64,000 bases of DNA from Spirochaetia bacterium (GTDB taxonomy: Bacteria; Spirochaetota; Spirochaetia; CADAEX01). The translations under genes and the position numbers were made by a program. This document shows, in pieces, positions 1-9,561 of this stretch (positions within the stretch are counted from its first letter, which is position 1; the number at the start of each line of letters is the position of its first letter). The DNA lies in contig OY759746.1 in assembly GCA_963662795.1 (NCBI GenBank), positions 2,560,001 through 2,624,000 of the forward strand. The letters are read 5' to 3'. Under the pieces are notes generated by a model that had not been told where the DNA came from, searched no databases, and saw only the letters and a list, made by a program, of their open reading frames with translations.

Positions 1-1266
1 AAAATCATTATCAAGAGGAATCAGGGCTGTTTTTATTCCCACAGATTCAAGCGCGGCTGCGAAAAGTATTCCAAGATCATCATAATCCCCAAGCTTGTAG
101 GAAAGTGTCTGGAATGGATATTGTATATAGTCAAGCAGTGCCGGGTCTTTGTGGAAAACTGTGTAGGGGGTTGTGTCATCTTTGGATGTGGTAATGCCGC
201 CTGTATTAAGCCCCTCAAGCAGATACATGGCAAACTGCATGTTCCGGTTAAGGCCGCTTCGCAGATTGTTCCTCGCTATTCCCACAATATATTTTGAATA
301 ATCCATTACTTCAGGTGAATTGGGTGAAATGAATGAGGCAAGGACATCTGTACTGGTCCACCTGACCGAGTTTCGGTTATACACCGGGATAACCAGCGTT
401 TGAAATGCAGTGCGTTCTGCTCCAAGAAGTTCGTATTTTATAACCAGTTCGCCCGGAATCATCCCGTTTTCCGTGAAGTTCTGTATGGTCTCCATAAAGT
501 CGGCATAAAGCGGTATTTTTGCTGTTTCCTTCTTTTTTAGTAACTCTTTTGTACCGCAGGCCATGAGGGAAGAGGTATAGTTTTCAGCCCTGAAACTTAC
601 AGATACATTGCGTATTTCGGCGGATTCATTATTGACGATTTCAATCGTACCTATTTTGTTGGTTTTATACATGCTGTAAAGGAGAGGGAATACCGGTTCC
701 TGTTGTTCAAGTGTTACTCCCACATTTCCGGCTGCTGTATCTGTGTCAAATGAAAGCCTGGCCGAGAGACCTAAAACTATTCCGGTATACATCGGCTCCT
801 GTGAAGCAGTAAAATTTATATATCCTGCCCCGGCAGAGAAAACCAGGGTGGGGGACATCCTGAACCCTGCTTCCCCATATAATTTCCACCAGAGATCGCT
901 GTATGAAAGTTCGTTGTATGTGAACTGGTACAAACCTCCGGACACGCCGAACAGCAGGGCAAGCCTCGAAAGCGGATAGGAAAACACGCTTGCATTAATC
1001 CCTGCTGAAGTGAAATTGGGATATGTTCCGGTATTTAACAGAGGAGTCACATAATAGCTGAATTCAGGACCAAAAGCCAGAAGGTCGAATAACTGTACAT
1101 CGGTGTTCAGGCATACTCCGCCGCCGGGCGAAAAATATCGGGTTGTCTCATCGCCGACAGGAAAAATTGCGGTCGGGGTTGCTTTTATGTCAAAATCCAA
1201 TGAATATATTTCGCCTGCTGACAGAAGCAGCAGAAAAAAACATAGAACACTGCCTGATAACTTCAC
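1..1266 (-). CDS. Secreted/outer-membrane protein, partial (runs off window start): signal peptide, beta-strand-rich region, Ig-like segment, transglutaminase-like domain
   Basis: Not in the ORF track because there is no stop in the window. Manual translation from GTG at 1266 (SD AAGAGG upstream) is open to position 1: MKLSGSVLCFFLLLLSAGEIYS...DYIQYPFQTLSYKLGDYDDLGILFAAALESVGIKTALIP, resembling the spirochaete 'D.VQ.P..TL....GDCDD' family. Confidence 0.8.
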   Translation of the reverse strand, partial: MKLSGSVLCFFLLLLSAGEIYSLDFDIKATPTAIFPVGDETTRYFSPGGGVCLNTDVQLFDLLAFGPEFSYYVTPLLNTGTYPNFTSAGINASVFSYPLSRLALLFGVSGGLYQFTYNELSYSDLWWKLYGEAGFRMSPTLVFSAGAGYINFTASQEPMYTGIVLGLSARLSFDTDTAAGNVGVTLEQQEPVFPLLYSMYKTNKIGTIEIVNNESAEIRNVSVSFRAENYTSSLMACGTKELLKKKETAKIPLYADFMETIQNFTENGMIPGELVIKYELLGAERTAFQTLVIPVYNRNSVRWTSTDVLASFISPNSPEVMDYSKYIVGIARNNLRSGLNRNMQFAMYLLEGLNTGGITTSKDDTTPYTVFHKDPALLDYIQYPFQTLSYKLGDYDDLGILFAAALESVGIKTALIPLDNDF

Positions 1267-1478
1267 GGTTACCTCTTTAATTGTGATTATAATTAATCAA
1301 TGATTTTTCATCAATTGATTAATAAAAAACCGGATTATGTAATTATATCATTAATTTGTGCGGCATAAAAATATTTTTTATTTTTGTATTAAGGTTTAAT
1401 AGGATAAAATACAGTGCCGCATCAGATGATACTGATTTTTATTCTCTTCCGATGCGGTTGTTAAGAGGCGTATAACTT

Positions 1479-2672
1479 TCAGCTCAAAAGGTCAAAGGCG
1501 AATTTCCGCCCCATTTCATACCCTTTTTCTATATCTTTTTCAGACGCTCCGCCCTGGAACTCAAAAGTACCTGTGAATTCCCATTTAAGAGGTTCTGTAA
1601 TTGCTTTTACTTTTTTAAGAGCGCCGCCGCTCCACCCGTAACTGCCGAAGTAAAGAGCTTTTTTATTTTCTATCTTTTTAAGCGCGAGAAGTTCAAGTGT
1701 GTTTATCATGGGAGGGAATAGACCGACCTCGTAAGTAGGCGCCCCGATTATGACCCCTGACCTTGTCCAGACAGAAGGCATGATATAGCTTGTATCAGTG
1801 CGGGCTACATCAAATATCTCAACAGGCACACCCGCGGAGGATGCCCCGAGTGCTACTGAGTTCATCATTTTTTCCGTATTTCCGTACATGGAACCGTAAA
1901 GAAGGGTAACGCCCGGTTTACCGGGTTTTCCTGCCAGCTCTGCCCATTCTTTGTATAAGGAGACAATTTCTCCCGGTTTATCCCGCCATACAAGGCCGTG
2001 AGAAGGAGCAATTATTTTGATATCGATGCCTTTAAGCTTTTCAATGGCACTTAATACATTGCGTGAAAATTTCGCGATTATATTTACATAGTATCTCAGC
2101 GCTTCTTTTTTATAAAAATCAATATTTTTACAGTCATCATCAAATATATTTCCGGAAAAAGCCCCGTAGCTGCCGAAAGCATCGCACGGGAAAAGTATTT
2201 TTTCCTCAGGATTATATGTTGCCATGGTTTCCGGCCAATGGACAAACGGAATGTGGTAAAAAACGAGTTTTCTTTCTCCAAGATCAAGTACTTCCCCGTC
2301 CTCTACAGCTAAAATATTATCTGTGAGGCCGTAGTAGTCTTCAACCATTTTTTTTGCCTTTGCTGTGCAGAGAATTTTAACCCCGGGGGATAGTCTTCTT
2401 AGTGTTTTAAGTACGCCGGTATGGTCCGGCTCCATATGGTTGATAATTACATAATCAATCTTATCCAGATCAACAACACTCGCAACCTCATCAAAAAAAC
2501 TGTCGGTTTTTATTGATTTTGAAAGATCGATAATAGCTTTCTTTTTATCATTAATAAGATAAGAGTTATAAGTTACACCTTCTTTTGAGATCGGCCAAAG
2601 TCCTTCGAACAAATCAGTAGTTCTGTCATTGACTCCAATCCAGAAAATATTTTTTTTTATTTCGATTGCCAT
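1479..2672 (-). CDS. fprA: Flavodiiron protein (A-type flavoprotein, O2/NO reductase)
   Basis: HMEPDH, HWPE and DAFG motifs of the MBL-like diiron domain, plus flavodoxin motifs SMYGNT and GSYGWSG. Confidence 0.95.
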   Translation of the reverse strand: MAIEIKKNIFWIGVNDRTTDLFEGLWPISKEGVTYNSYLINDKKKAIIDLSKSIKTDSFFDEVASVVDLDKIDYVIINHMEPDHTGVLKTLRRLSPGVKILCTAKAKKMVEDYYGLTDNILAVEDGEVLDLGERKLVFYHIPFVHWPETMATYNPEEKILFPCDAFGSYGAFSGNIFDDDCKNIDFYKKEALRYYVNIIAKFSRNVLSAIEKLKGIDIKIIAPSHGLVWRDKPGEIVSLYKEWAELAGKPGKPGVTLLYGSMYGNTEKMMNSVALGASSAGVPVEIFDVARTDTSYIMPSVWTRSGVIIGAPTYEVGLFPPMINTLELLALKKIENKKALYFGSYGWSGGALKKVKAITEPLKWEFTGTFEFQGGASEKDIEKGYEMGRKFAFDLLS

Positions 2673-2732
2673 TGAAAACTCCTTTTTTGTATCTTAAACT
2701 AAATATAAAACTAATAAATAATTAAAACAATA

Positions 2733-2747
2733 TAGTACTTATTATTT
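2733..2747. promoter_or_regulatory. Possible PerR/Fur-type operator between the divergent oxidative-stress genes
   Basis: TAGTACT-T-ATTATTT is an imperfect 7-1-7 inverted repeat overlapping a TATAGT -10-like hexamer. AT-rich context makes it weak. Confidence 0.3.
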
Positions 2748-2766
2748 ACTTAATCAAAAACCGGAG

Positions 2767-3576
2767 TTGCATTTGCTTAACATCAACAGGACAGGATTGC
2801 TTCTTGAGGAGATTTATTCAAGGTATCATAAACCTGAATACATAAATCCGGATCCTCTGGTTTTTGTAAGAAAATATGATAAAATGGAAGACAGGGAGAC
2901 GGCAGGACTGATTGCGTCATCACTTGCCCTTGGCAGGGTAGAACTTATTATGTCTGCTGTCGACAAAGTTCTCTCAGCAATCCCATCGCCTTTTGAAGAC
3001 GTCAGGAAGCTTGAATACAGGGATTTTGAAAAAATGTATGAAGGATTTTCCTACAGATTTTTCAAAACATCACATCTGGCAGGTTTTTTATCGGGTATAG
3101 GCAGCCTGATAAGAAAACACGGCTCAGCAGGCCGCTGCTTTAAAAAATATTATGCTGATGAAGGTTCGCTTATTCCTGCGGTGCATTCTTTCAGCAGGGA
3201 ACTTCTTGCAGGATGTGAAAAAAACCCTGGAATACTTGTTACGGAAAGCTGGAAGGGGAGCGCTTTTAAAAGGTTTAATCTTTTTTTAAGATGGATGGCA
3301 AGGTCTGATAATATTGATCCGGGCGGATGGGATTTTATTGATAAAGAAGGACTTATTGTCCCTCTGGATACCCACATGATGAATATTGGAAAATATATAG
3401 GACTAACAGGCAGAGCTACCCCTTCTTTGAAAACTGCAATTGAAATTACTGAAAATTTGAAAAAGTATGATAAAATGGATCCTGTCAGGTTTGATTTCAG
3501 CCTAACAAGGCTTGGAATACATCCTGATCTTACAATAGAAAAATTAAAATTGCTGGAGGGAAGAGAAAATGAATAG
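2767..3576 (+). CDS. TIGR02757/DUF2400 family protein (HhH-like, unknown function)
   Basis: DP...SA.KR.NLFLRWM.R...DPG.W...PLDTH...DPVRFDFSL family motifs. The start may be TTG 2773. Confidence 0.85.
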   Translation: MHLLNINRTGLLLEEIYSRYHKPEYINPDPLVFVRKYDKMEDRETAGLIASSLALGRVELIMSAVDKVLSAIPSPFEDVRKLEYRDFEKMYEGFSYRFFKTSHLAGFLSGIGSLIRKHGSAGRCFKKYYADEGSLIPAVHSFSRELLAGCEKNPGILVTESWKGSAFKRFNLFLRWMARSDNIDPGGWDFIDKEGLIVPLDTHMMNIGKYIGLTGRATPSLKTAIEITENLKKYDKMDPVRFDFSLTRLGIHPDLTIEKLKLLEGRENE

Positions 3577-4144
3577 TATCAAGGGCACACAGACAGAAAA
3601 AAATATTTTGACTGCATTCTGCGGTGAATCACAGGCCAGAAACAAATACACTTATTTTGCAAGCGTGGCCAAAAAGGAAGGTTTTGTACAGATTTCAAAA
3701 ATTTTTGAAGAAACTTCAGACCAGGAAAAAGAACATGCCAAAAGGCTGTTTAAACTGCTCGAAGGGGGCGAGGTTGAAATAAAGGCTTCTTTTCCTGCGG
3801 GAGTTATCGGCGATACTGCAGCCAACCTGAAGGAAGCGGCAGGGGGAGAACACTACGAGTGGACAGAGATGTATCCAGGATTTGCTAAAAAAGCACGGGA
3901 AGAGGGCTTTCCTGCAATAGCTGCGGTTTTTGAGGCGATTGCGGTTGCTGAAAAACAGCATGAAAAAAGATACCTTGATCTGAGAAAAAATGTTCTTGAG
4001 AATTCAGTTTTCAGGAAAAAATCAAAAACAGTCTGGAGATGCATAAATTGCGGTTATCTGTATGAAGGAGAATCAGCTCCTCTTTCCTGTCCTGCATGCG
4101 CGCATCCGCAATCGTACTTTGAACTTTTTGGAGAGAACTGGTAG
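3569..4144 (+). CDS. rbr: Rubrerythrin
   Basis: GESQA..KY, EKEH and EKQH diiron motifs; C-terminal CINC...CPAC rubredoxin-like site. Confidence 0.97.
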   Translation: MNSIKGTQTEKNILTAFCGESQARNKYTYFASVAKKEGFVQISKIFEETSDQEKEHAKRLFKLLEGGEVEIKASFPAGVIGDTAANLKEAAGGEHYEWTEMYPGFAKKAREEGFPAIAAVFEAIAVAEKQHEKRYLDLRKNVLENSVFRKKSKTVWRCINCGYLYEGESAPLSCPACAHPQSYFELFGENW

Positions 4145-4200
4145 AATATTGTTTTTTTGAACAATAAATTAAGTAAATTTATAAAACGGAGGGAATTAAA

Positions 4201-4575
4201 ATGGCTGAAAAATTTAAAGTCTACAAATGTGAACTATGCGGAAATATCGTTGAAGTATTACACGCTGGAGACGGAGATCTTGTATGCTGCGGGAAAGAAA
4301 TGGTTTTAATGACAGAAAAAACCGCAGACTCATCAACAGAAAAACATGTTCCTGTCATTGAAAAAACCGCTGAGGGCTACAAGGTAACTGTAGGCAGCAC
4401 ACTGCATCCAATGCTGGACAATCATTATATTGAGTGGATTGAGCTTGTCGCGGATGGTCTTTCCTATAAGAAATACCTTAAACCAGGAGATACCCCGTCT
4501 GCTGAATTCTGTATAAAAGCCTCAAAAGTTTCCGCAAGGGAATACTGCAACGTGCATGGTCACTGGAAGGGTTAA
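4201..4575 (+). CDS. dfx: Desulfoferrodoxin (2Fe superoxide reductase)
   Basis: CELCG...CCG desulforedoxin domain; EKHVP, HPM, HYIEWI and CNVHG motifs. Confidence 0.97.
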   Translation: MAEKFKVYKCELCGNIVEVLHAGDGDLVCCGKEMVLMTEKTADSSTEKHVPVIEKTAEGYKVTVGSTLHPMLDNHYIEWIELVADGLSYKKYLKPGDTPSAEFCIKASKVSAREYCNVHGHWKG

Positions 4576-4584
4576 GGAGCGGAA

Positions 4585-5070
4585 ATGGAACAGAAACTGA
4601 AAGAACTGCTTATAAAGCAGATCAACGAGGAACTTTATTCCTCATATCTTTATCTTGCTATGGCATCTGATTTTGAAAGCAAAAACATGAAGGGTATGGC
4701 TGCGTGGATGAGCAAGCAGTCAATGGAAGAAACCGGTCACGGGATGAAAATTTACCGTTTTCTTCAGGAAAGAGGTGAAAAACCGGTCCTGGCTCAGATT
4801 GATAAACCGCAGGAATCATGGAATTCTCCCAAAGATGCGTTTGAAGCTTCACTTAAACATGAAAAGCATATAACCGGGTGTATTGATAAACTTGTTAAAG
4901 CTGCCCGCTCAGCGGAAGATTTTGCAACTGAAATATTCCTTCAGTGGTTTGTGACTGAACAGGTTGAGGAAGAGGCAAATGTATCGGATGTTCTTGCCAA
5001 ACTGGAAATGGTCGGCAGCAAATCAACAGGTCTTTATATGCTTGACAGGGAACTTGGTCAGCGGCAATAA
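4585..5070 (+). CDS. ftnA: Non-heme ferritin
   Basis: QINEELYSSYLY, EE..H, FLQWFVTEQVEEE. Confidence 0.95.
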   Translation: MEQKLKELLIKQINEELYSSYLYLAMASDFESKNMKGMAAWMSKQSMEETGHGMKIYRFLQERGEKPVLAQIDKPQESWNSPKDAFEASLKHEKHITGCIDKLVKAARSAEDFATEIFLQWFVTEQVEEEANVSDVLAKLEMVGSKSTGLYMLDRELGQRQ

Positions 5071-5101
5071 CGCACTATAGTGCATAAGCAAGGAGGATAT
5101 T

Positions 5102-5263
5102 ATGAAAAAATATGTTTGTGATGTATGCGGGTATATCTATGACCCCAAAGAGGGTGATCCGGACAACGGCGTAAAAGCAGGAACTTCATGGGAAAATGTC
5201 CCTGAGGACTGGGTTTGCCCTGCCTGCGGAGCCCCAAAAGATCAGTTTTCTCCTATGGACTGA
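5102..5263 (+). CDS. rub: Rubredoxin (53 aa)
   Basis: Below the ORF-track length cutoff. [53 protein letters not shown], with strong SD AGGAGG. Confidence 0.97.
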   Translation: MKKYVCDVCGYIYDPKEGDPDNGVKAGTSWENVPEDWVCPACGAPKDQFSPMD

Positions 5264-5281
5264 ACTTTTTAAAATGTGAAG

Positions 5282-5351
5282 AAAAGTTGCCTGCAGGACC
5301 TGTCATAACGGATTATATATCCTCACGGCTTGTTCTGCGGGCAGTTTTTTT
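5282..5351. terminator. Long GU-containing hairpin between convergent rubredoxin and cysE
   Basis: AAAAGTTGCCTGCAGGAC pairs with GTTCTGCGGGCAGTTTTT, with an inner GGAT-TATAT-ATCC stem, followed by a T run. Confidence 0.6.
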
Positions 5352-5364
5352 ACCCGCTGAATGG

Positions 5365-6249
5365 TCAGCTCCTGTAAATCAGGCTTCCCGGTGCTACGGA
5401 ACTTGTTATCCATGTATTTCCCCCGATTATAGAACCTTTTCCAATTATAGTTCTTCCGCCCAGAATTGTCGCATTGGCGTAGATAATTACATCATCTTCT
5501 ATATCAGGATGCCTTTTTTCACCCGTTCTCGGGTTTCCTTCCTTGTCAAAAGGGGATAATGCGCCTAATGTTACCCCCTGATAAAGCTTTACCCTGTCCC
5601 CTATTGTAGTAGTCTCGCCAATAACAACACCTGTACCGTGGTCAATAAAAAAACTTCTGCCGATTTTTGCTCCCGGATGTATATCAATCCCTGTTCTTGA
5701 GTGTGCTCTTTCCGACATGATTCTCGGGATAATAGGAACACCGTGAGAATACAGTTTGTGCGCAATGCGGTGTGTGGAAATTGCTTCAATACATGGGTAA
5801 CTGAGCACTACCTCATCCAGAGATGTTGCTGCCGGATCACCGTCTTTTGCTGCCTGAACATCAGTAATAAGAATTTCCCTTATTTCAGGAAGAGACTCTA
5901 TCAGATCCATGAGAACTTTCCCGGCTTTTTCACCGCAGTCGCAATCTCCGCACTCCTTTTCTGTACACATATATCTGAAACTGTCTCTCAGATACTTGAT
6001 AAATCTGTAGCTGATATATCGTAATCTTTCATTGATGTAAAAATCAATTTCCTCAGCTGAAATTGTGTCCCTGCTGTAGCACCCCGGAAAAAGAATTGAA
6101 AGAAAGGCCTCAAGGACATCATAAACCCCATCTCTTCCTGATCTTCCCAGTTCCTCCCCGGCTGTCACGTGATAATCATTTTTAATGCTGTTCCCTATTT
6201 TTTTTGAGATTCCCGGTATACTCTCATTCATGAAACGATCAATCTTCAT
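5365..6249 (-). CDS. cysE: Serine O-acetyltransferase (EpsC type)
   Basis: GDPAA, TGIDIHPGA, FFIDHGTGVVIGET, KRHP. Likely start ATG 6249 (ORF track extends to TTG 6285). Confidence 0.93.
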   Translation of the reverse strand: MKIDRFMNESIPGISKKIGNSIKNDYHVTAGEELGRSGRDGVYDVLEAFLSILFPGCYSRDTISAEEIDFYINERLRYISYRFIKYLRDSFRYMCTEKECGDCDCGEKAGKVLMDLIESLPEIREILITDVQAAKDGDPAATSLDEVVLSYPCIEAISTHRIAHKLYSHGVPIIPRIMSERAHSRTGIDIHPGAKIGRSFFIDHGTGVVIGETTTIGDRVKLYQGVTLGALSPFDKEGNPRTGEKRHPDIEDDVIIYANATILGGRTIIGKGSIIGGNTWITSSVAPGSLIYRS

Positions 6250-6337
6250 ATATTCAAAGATATAAAAATCGGAAACAAAATGCAATAATTATAAAAGCTA
6301 GAATATTCTTATAATTACTATTATACTGAATATAACT

Positions 6338-7417
6338 ATGAAAAAATTAGAGGAATGTACTATTCTGGTTGTTGACGACAGTATTCACAACCTTGATATC
6401 ATGGTAAGCATGCTTGACACTATTTATGATGTGATTGTCGCTTCAGACGGAGAAAGCGCACTTGAGCTTGTAAATGAAATTATACCGGACCTTATCCTCC
6501 TTGATATCGTAATGGAAGGGATAGACGGATTTGAGGTCTGCAGAAGGCTCAAGAATAACAGTAGAACATCAGCAATACCTGTGATATTTTTGTCAGGCAA
6601 CAAGGATGCTTCTGACAAAAACAAAGGGTTTGAGTCCGGGGCTGTTGATTATATAACCAAACCATTTGAGGTTAACGAAGTCAAGGCAAGAATAAAAACA
6701 CATCTCTCCTTAAAGATTGCCCAGGAAGAGCTTAAAATCCAGAATGCCAAGCTTGAATCCGAGGTTGAAAAAAGAACATTTGAACTGCGGAAAACTGTTC
6801 TTGAACTAAGATATTCTTATCAGGAAACAATATTTCTCCTGTCAAAAGCGGCTGAATACAGGGATGATGATACAGGCAGCCACCTTTTAAAGGTAAGCAG
6901 CTACTGCAGAGCTATTGCAGAAGCGATGGGCATGGATGAAAGCATGGTAGAAAATCTGTATCATGCTTCATTGCTTCATGATATTGGTAAAATTGGAATT
7001 CCCGACAGCATTCTCCTTAAAAAAGGAGCTTATGATTCTGATGAATGGAATAAAATGAAAAAACATACCGAGATAGGTTCCTATATATTATCGAGTTCAA
7101 ATGTTGAAGTAATAAAAATGGGCAAAATGATAGCGCTTACTCATCATGAAAAATGGGACGGTACAGGCTATCCCAATGGGCTAAGCTATGAGGAGATTCC
7201 TTTAATAAGCAGGATTGTGTCTGTCGCAGATGTATTTGACGCACTTGTATCAAAGAGAGTTTACAAGGATGAATTTACTGTTGAAGACGCGCTTAATGAA
7301 ATAAAAAAAAGCAGCGGACGCCATTTTGACCCAAAAATTGTAGATACATTTCTTTCTATTGTTGATGATATACTTGAGATAATGAATAAATATAAAGAAA
7401 GTCACGCTGCAGTTTGA
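6338..7417 (+). CDS. Response regulator with REC and HD-GYP c-di-GMP phosphodiesterase domains (RpfG family)
   Basis: REC motifs VVDD, LLDIVM, KP; intact HDIGK and HHEKWDGTGYP. Confidence 0.93.
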   Translation: MKKLEECTILVVDDSIHNLDIMVSMLDTIYDVIVASDGESALELVNEIIPDLILLDIVMEGIDGFEVCRRLKNNSRTSAIPVIFLSGNKDASDKNKGFESGAVDYITKPFEVNEVKARIKTHLSLKIAQEELKIQNAKLESEVEKRTFELRKTVLELRYSYQETIFLLSKAAEYRDDDTGSHLLKVSSYCRAIAEAMGMDESMVENLYHASLLHDIGKIGIPDSILLKKGAYDSDEWNKMKKHTEIGSYILSSSNVEVIKMGKMIALTHHEKWDGTGYPNGLSYEEIPLISRIVSVADVFDALVSKRVYKDEFTVEDALNEIKKSSGRHFDPKIVDTFLSIVDDILEIMNKYKESHAAV

Positions 7418-7500
7418 TTAAAAGCTCCCTGAAAAACATATTGCAGGTAAAATTTTTCATATAATCATCAGACAAATAATAGCAAAGTGCAGGAAGTAAT

Positions 7501-8571
7501 ATGATTAATAAAAAAACTGACGGATTTTCCCATTCGGATAAAACCATAATGGTTGTGGATGATGAAAAAATTGTCAGAGAGCTTACAGCCGAGATGCTGA
7601 AAAGGCTTGGTTATACTGTAATTTCATTTGGAGGTGCATTATCTGCGCTGGAATATTACAGAGATAATATACATACAGTGGATCTCGTAATACTTGATAT
7701 GATCATGCCCGGGATGGGAGGAAGGGAAGCTCTTTATAAATTCAGGGAGATCAATCCGGCTGTGAAAGTTTTTATACTTTCAGGTTTCAGTCTGGACAGC
7801 GAAAACAGGGAGATGCTGAATGACGGTGTTGCTTCATTTATTCAAAAACCCGTATCTCTTGCTTCATTAAGAAACAAGCTTGATGAACTGTTTTTTTCAG
7901 ATGAAATAAACCCTGAACCTGTTGAAAAAGGAATTCAGGATAATAAACAGCCGCTGCCCCTTCTTGAAGGACTTGATACCAAAAAAGCGCTTGAAATGCT
8001 TGACGGTGATACAGGTCTGTATCTCAAACTGGTAGAAAGAGTAAAAACAAATTATAAAGGATCCTCTTCGGCGTTAATTGAAAAATATAACAACGAAGAC
8101 TATGAGTGGATTTATACTTTTGCCCATAGTATTAAAAGTCTTGCCGGTAATCTTGGGGCTGGGAAATTATTAACCGATGCTGAATCTGTAGAACAGTCAA
8201 TAAAACATGATGATAAGGCAAAGCTCAAATATCTTCTTCCGGTATTTGCGCAGAAACTGGATGCTTTTATCAATCTTTTATCTTCAATTGAACCGGGAGA
8301 AACAATAAATAACGACAGTTCCTCTAAAACTTTAAAACCGGATACAGATAAAGGGAATTCTCCCTTGAATACCGGATATCTGGAGGAACTGAAAAAAGCA
8401 GTCAGGGTACACCGCCCCGGAAAAGTGCATAAAATGATTGATTTATTGAAGGCCTCTGATATTCCTGAAGATGCATTGCTGCTTCTTGAAAAAATCCAGG
8501 GAGCGGCAGATGTTTATAATTTCAGGGATGCAGGCGTACTTGTACTGGAACTGGAAAAATTAATTGAATAA
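7501..8571 (+). CDS. REC + HPt phosphotransfer protein
   Basis: N-terminal receiver (VVDDE, LDMIMP, QKP); HPt motif AHSIKSLAGNLGA. Confidence 0.88.
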   Translation: MINKKTDGFSHSDKTIMVVDDEKIVRELTAEMLKRLGYTVISFGGALSALEYYRDNIHTVDLVILDMIMPGMGGREALYKFREINPAVKVFILSGFSLDSENREMLNDGVASFIQKPVSLASLRNKLDELFFSDEINPEPVEKGIQDNKQPLPLLEGLDTKKALEMLDGDTGLYLKLVERVKTNYKGSSSALIEKYNNEDYEWIYTFAHSIKSLAGNLGAGKLLTDAESVEQSIKHDDKAKLKYLLPVFAQKLDAFINLLSSIEPGETINNDSSSKTLKPDTDKGNSPLNTGYLEELKKAVRVHRPGKVHKMIDLLKASDIPEDALLLLEKIQGAADVYNFRDAGVLVLELEKLIE

Positions 8572-8572
8572 G

Positions 8573-8588
8573 TGTAACAATGGTTACA
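8573..8588. promoter_or_regulatory. Crp/Fnr-family (HcpR2/NtcA-like) operator
   Basis: Perfect palindrome TGTAAC-aatg-GTTACA (GTA-N8-TAC) about 60 nt upstream of the ferredoxin gene, next to a Crp/Fnr regulator gene. Confidence 0.65.
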
Positions 8589-8649
8589 GTCTCTCTCCGG
8601 ATTTTTTTATAGATTATTTGTGAAACCTGAAAACTTGGGAGAGATTTAT

Positions 8650-9513
8650 ATGAAAAGAAAGATAATTAAAATAGATGAAGATAAATGCAACGGATGCGGA
8701 CTTTGTATTCCGGACTGTCCTGAGGGGGCTCTTCAGATAATAGACGGGAAAGCACGGCTTGTAAGCGACCTGTTCTGCGACGGACTCGGCGCCTGTATAG
8801 GGCATTGCCCTGAAGGTGCAATCGAAGTTGAAGAGAGAGAAGCTGAACCCTATGATGAGAGAAAAGTGATGGCAAATATCGTTTCAAAAGGGGATGCCAC
8901 AATAAAAGCGCATATTGCCCACCTTAAAAACCATAATGCGGAAGATTTTTACAATGCCGCGCTTGAATATCTGGAAGAAAATGGTTACAGGAAATCTGAT
9001 TACATCAAAGAAGAGGTGAAAATTAATGTGTGCCCCGGAACATTAAGCAGGAGCCTTAACCCTTCATCTGCTGCCGGTAATGCTGCTGTTTCTGTTACAT
9101 CCGCAGGAGCATCAGGAGAGGCAGAACAGCCTTCTGAACTTATGAACTGGCCTGTGCAGATGCATCTTGTAAATCCGGATTCGCCCCATTTCAGGAAATC
9201 CGATCTTCTTATTGCCGCAGACTGCACAGCGTTTGTCGCCGGAAATTTTCACAGCTTATTTCTCAAGGGGAAAACCCTTGTCATTGCCTGTCCCAAGCTT
9301 GACAATTCATCGGAAATCTATACAGAAAGAATCATCAGCCTGATTGAAACAGCCGGATTAAATACAATTACAGTTCTTATAATGGAAGTTCCGTGCTGTA
9401 TGGGGCTTACCGCTATTGTTAAAAATGCAGCGGCAAAAGCTTCAGGAAAGGTCCCTGTAAAGCAGATAGTAGTTGGTATTGACGGACATGTTGTCAGGGA
9501 AAACTGGCTTTAG
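8650..9513 (+). CDS. 4Fe-4S ferredoxin-domain protein of the type often linked to hcp
   Basis: CNGCGLCIPDCP and CDGLGACIGHCP; C-terminal WPVQ, AADC, ACPKLD, MEVPCC. ATG 8650 follows SD GGAG. Confidence 0.88.
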   Translation: MKRKIIKIDEDKCNGCGLCIPDCPEGALQIIDGKARLVSDLFCDGLGACIGHCPEGAIEVEEREAEPYDERKVMANIVSKGDATIKAHIAHLKNHNAEDFYNAALEYLEENGYRKSDYIKEEVKINVCPGTLSRSLNPSSAAGNAAVSVTSAGASGEAEQPSELMNWPVQMHLVNPDSPHFRKSDLLIAADCTAFVAGNFHSLFLKGKTLVIACPKLDNSSEIYTERIISLIETAGLNTITVLIMEVPCCMGLTAIVKNAAAKASGKVPVKQIVVGIDGHVVRENWL

Positions 9514-9561
9514 GGACCTGACCCTGTCAGGCTAAAGGCAGGCGCTTAGCATTCAGCTTTT

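Noticed and set aside
33-1303. Short ORFs 33-233, 743-979 and 1103-1303
   Set aside because: Shadows of the long minus-strand frame 1266 to 1.
5215-5559. 114-aa ORF on the + strand
   Set aside because: Out-of-frame overlap with the rubredoxin end, the terminator and antisense cysE; the real gene is rubredoxin 5102-5263.
6309-6323. TTATAAT-T-ACTATTA PerR-box-like sequence between cysE and the HD-GYP regulator
   Set aside because: Very AT-rich divergent promoter region where such matches arise by chance.
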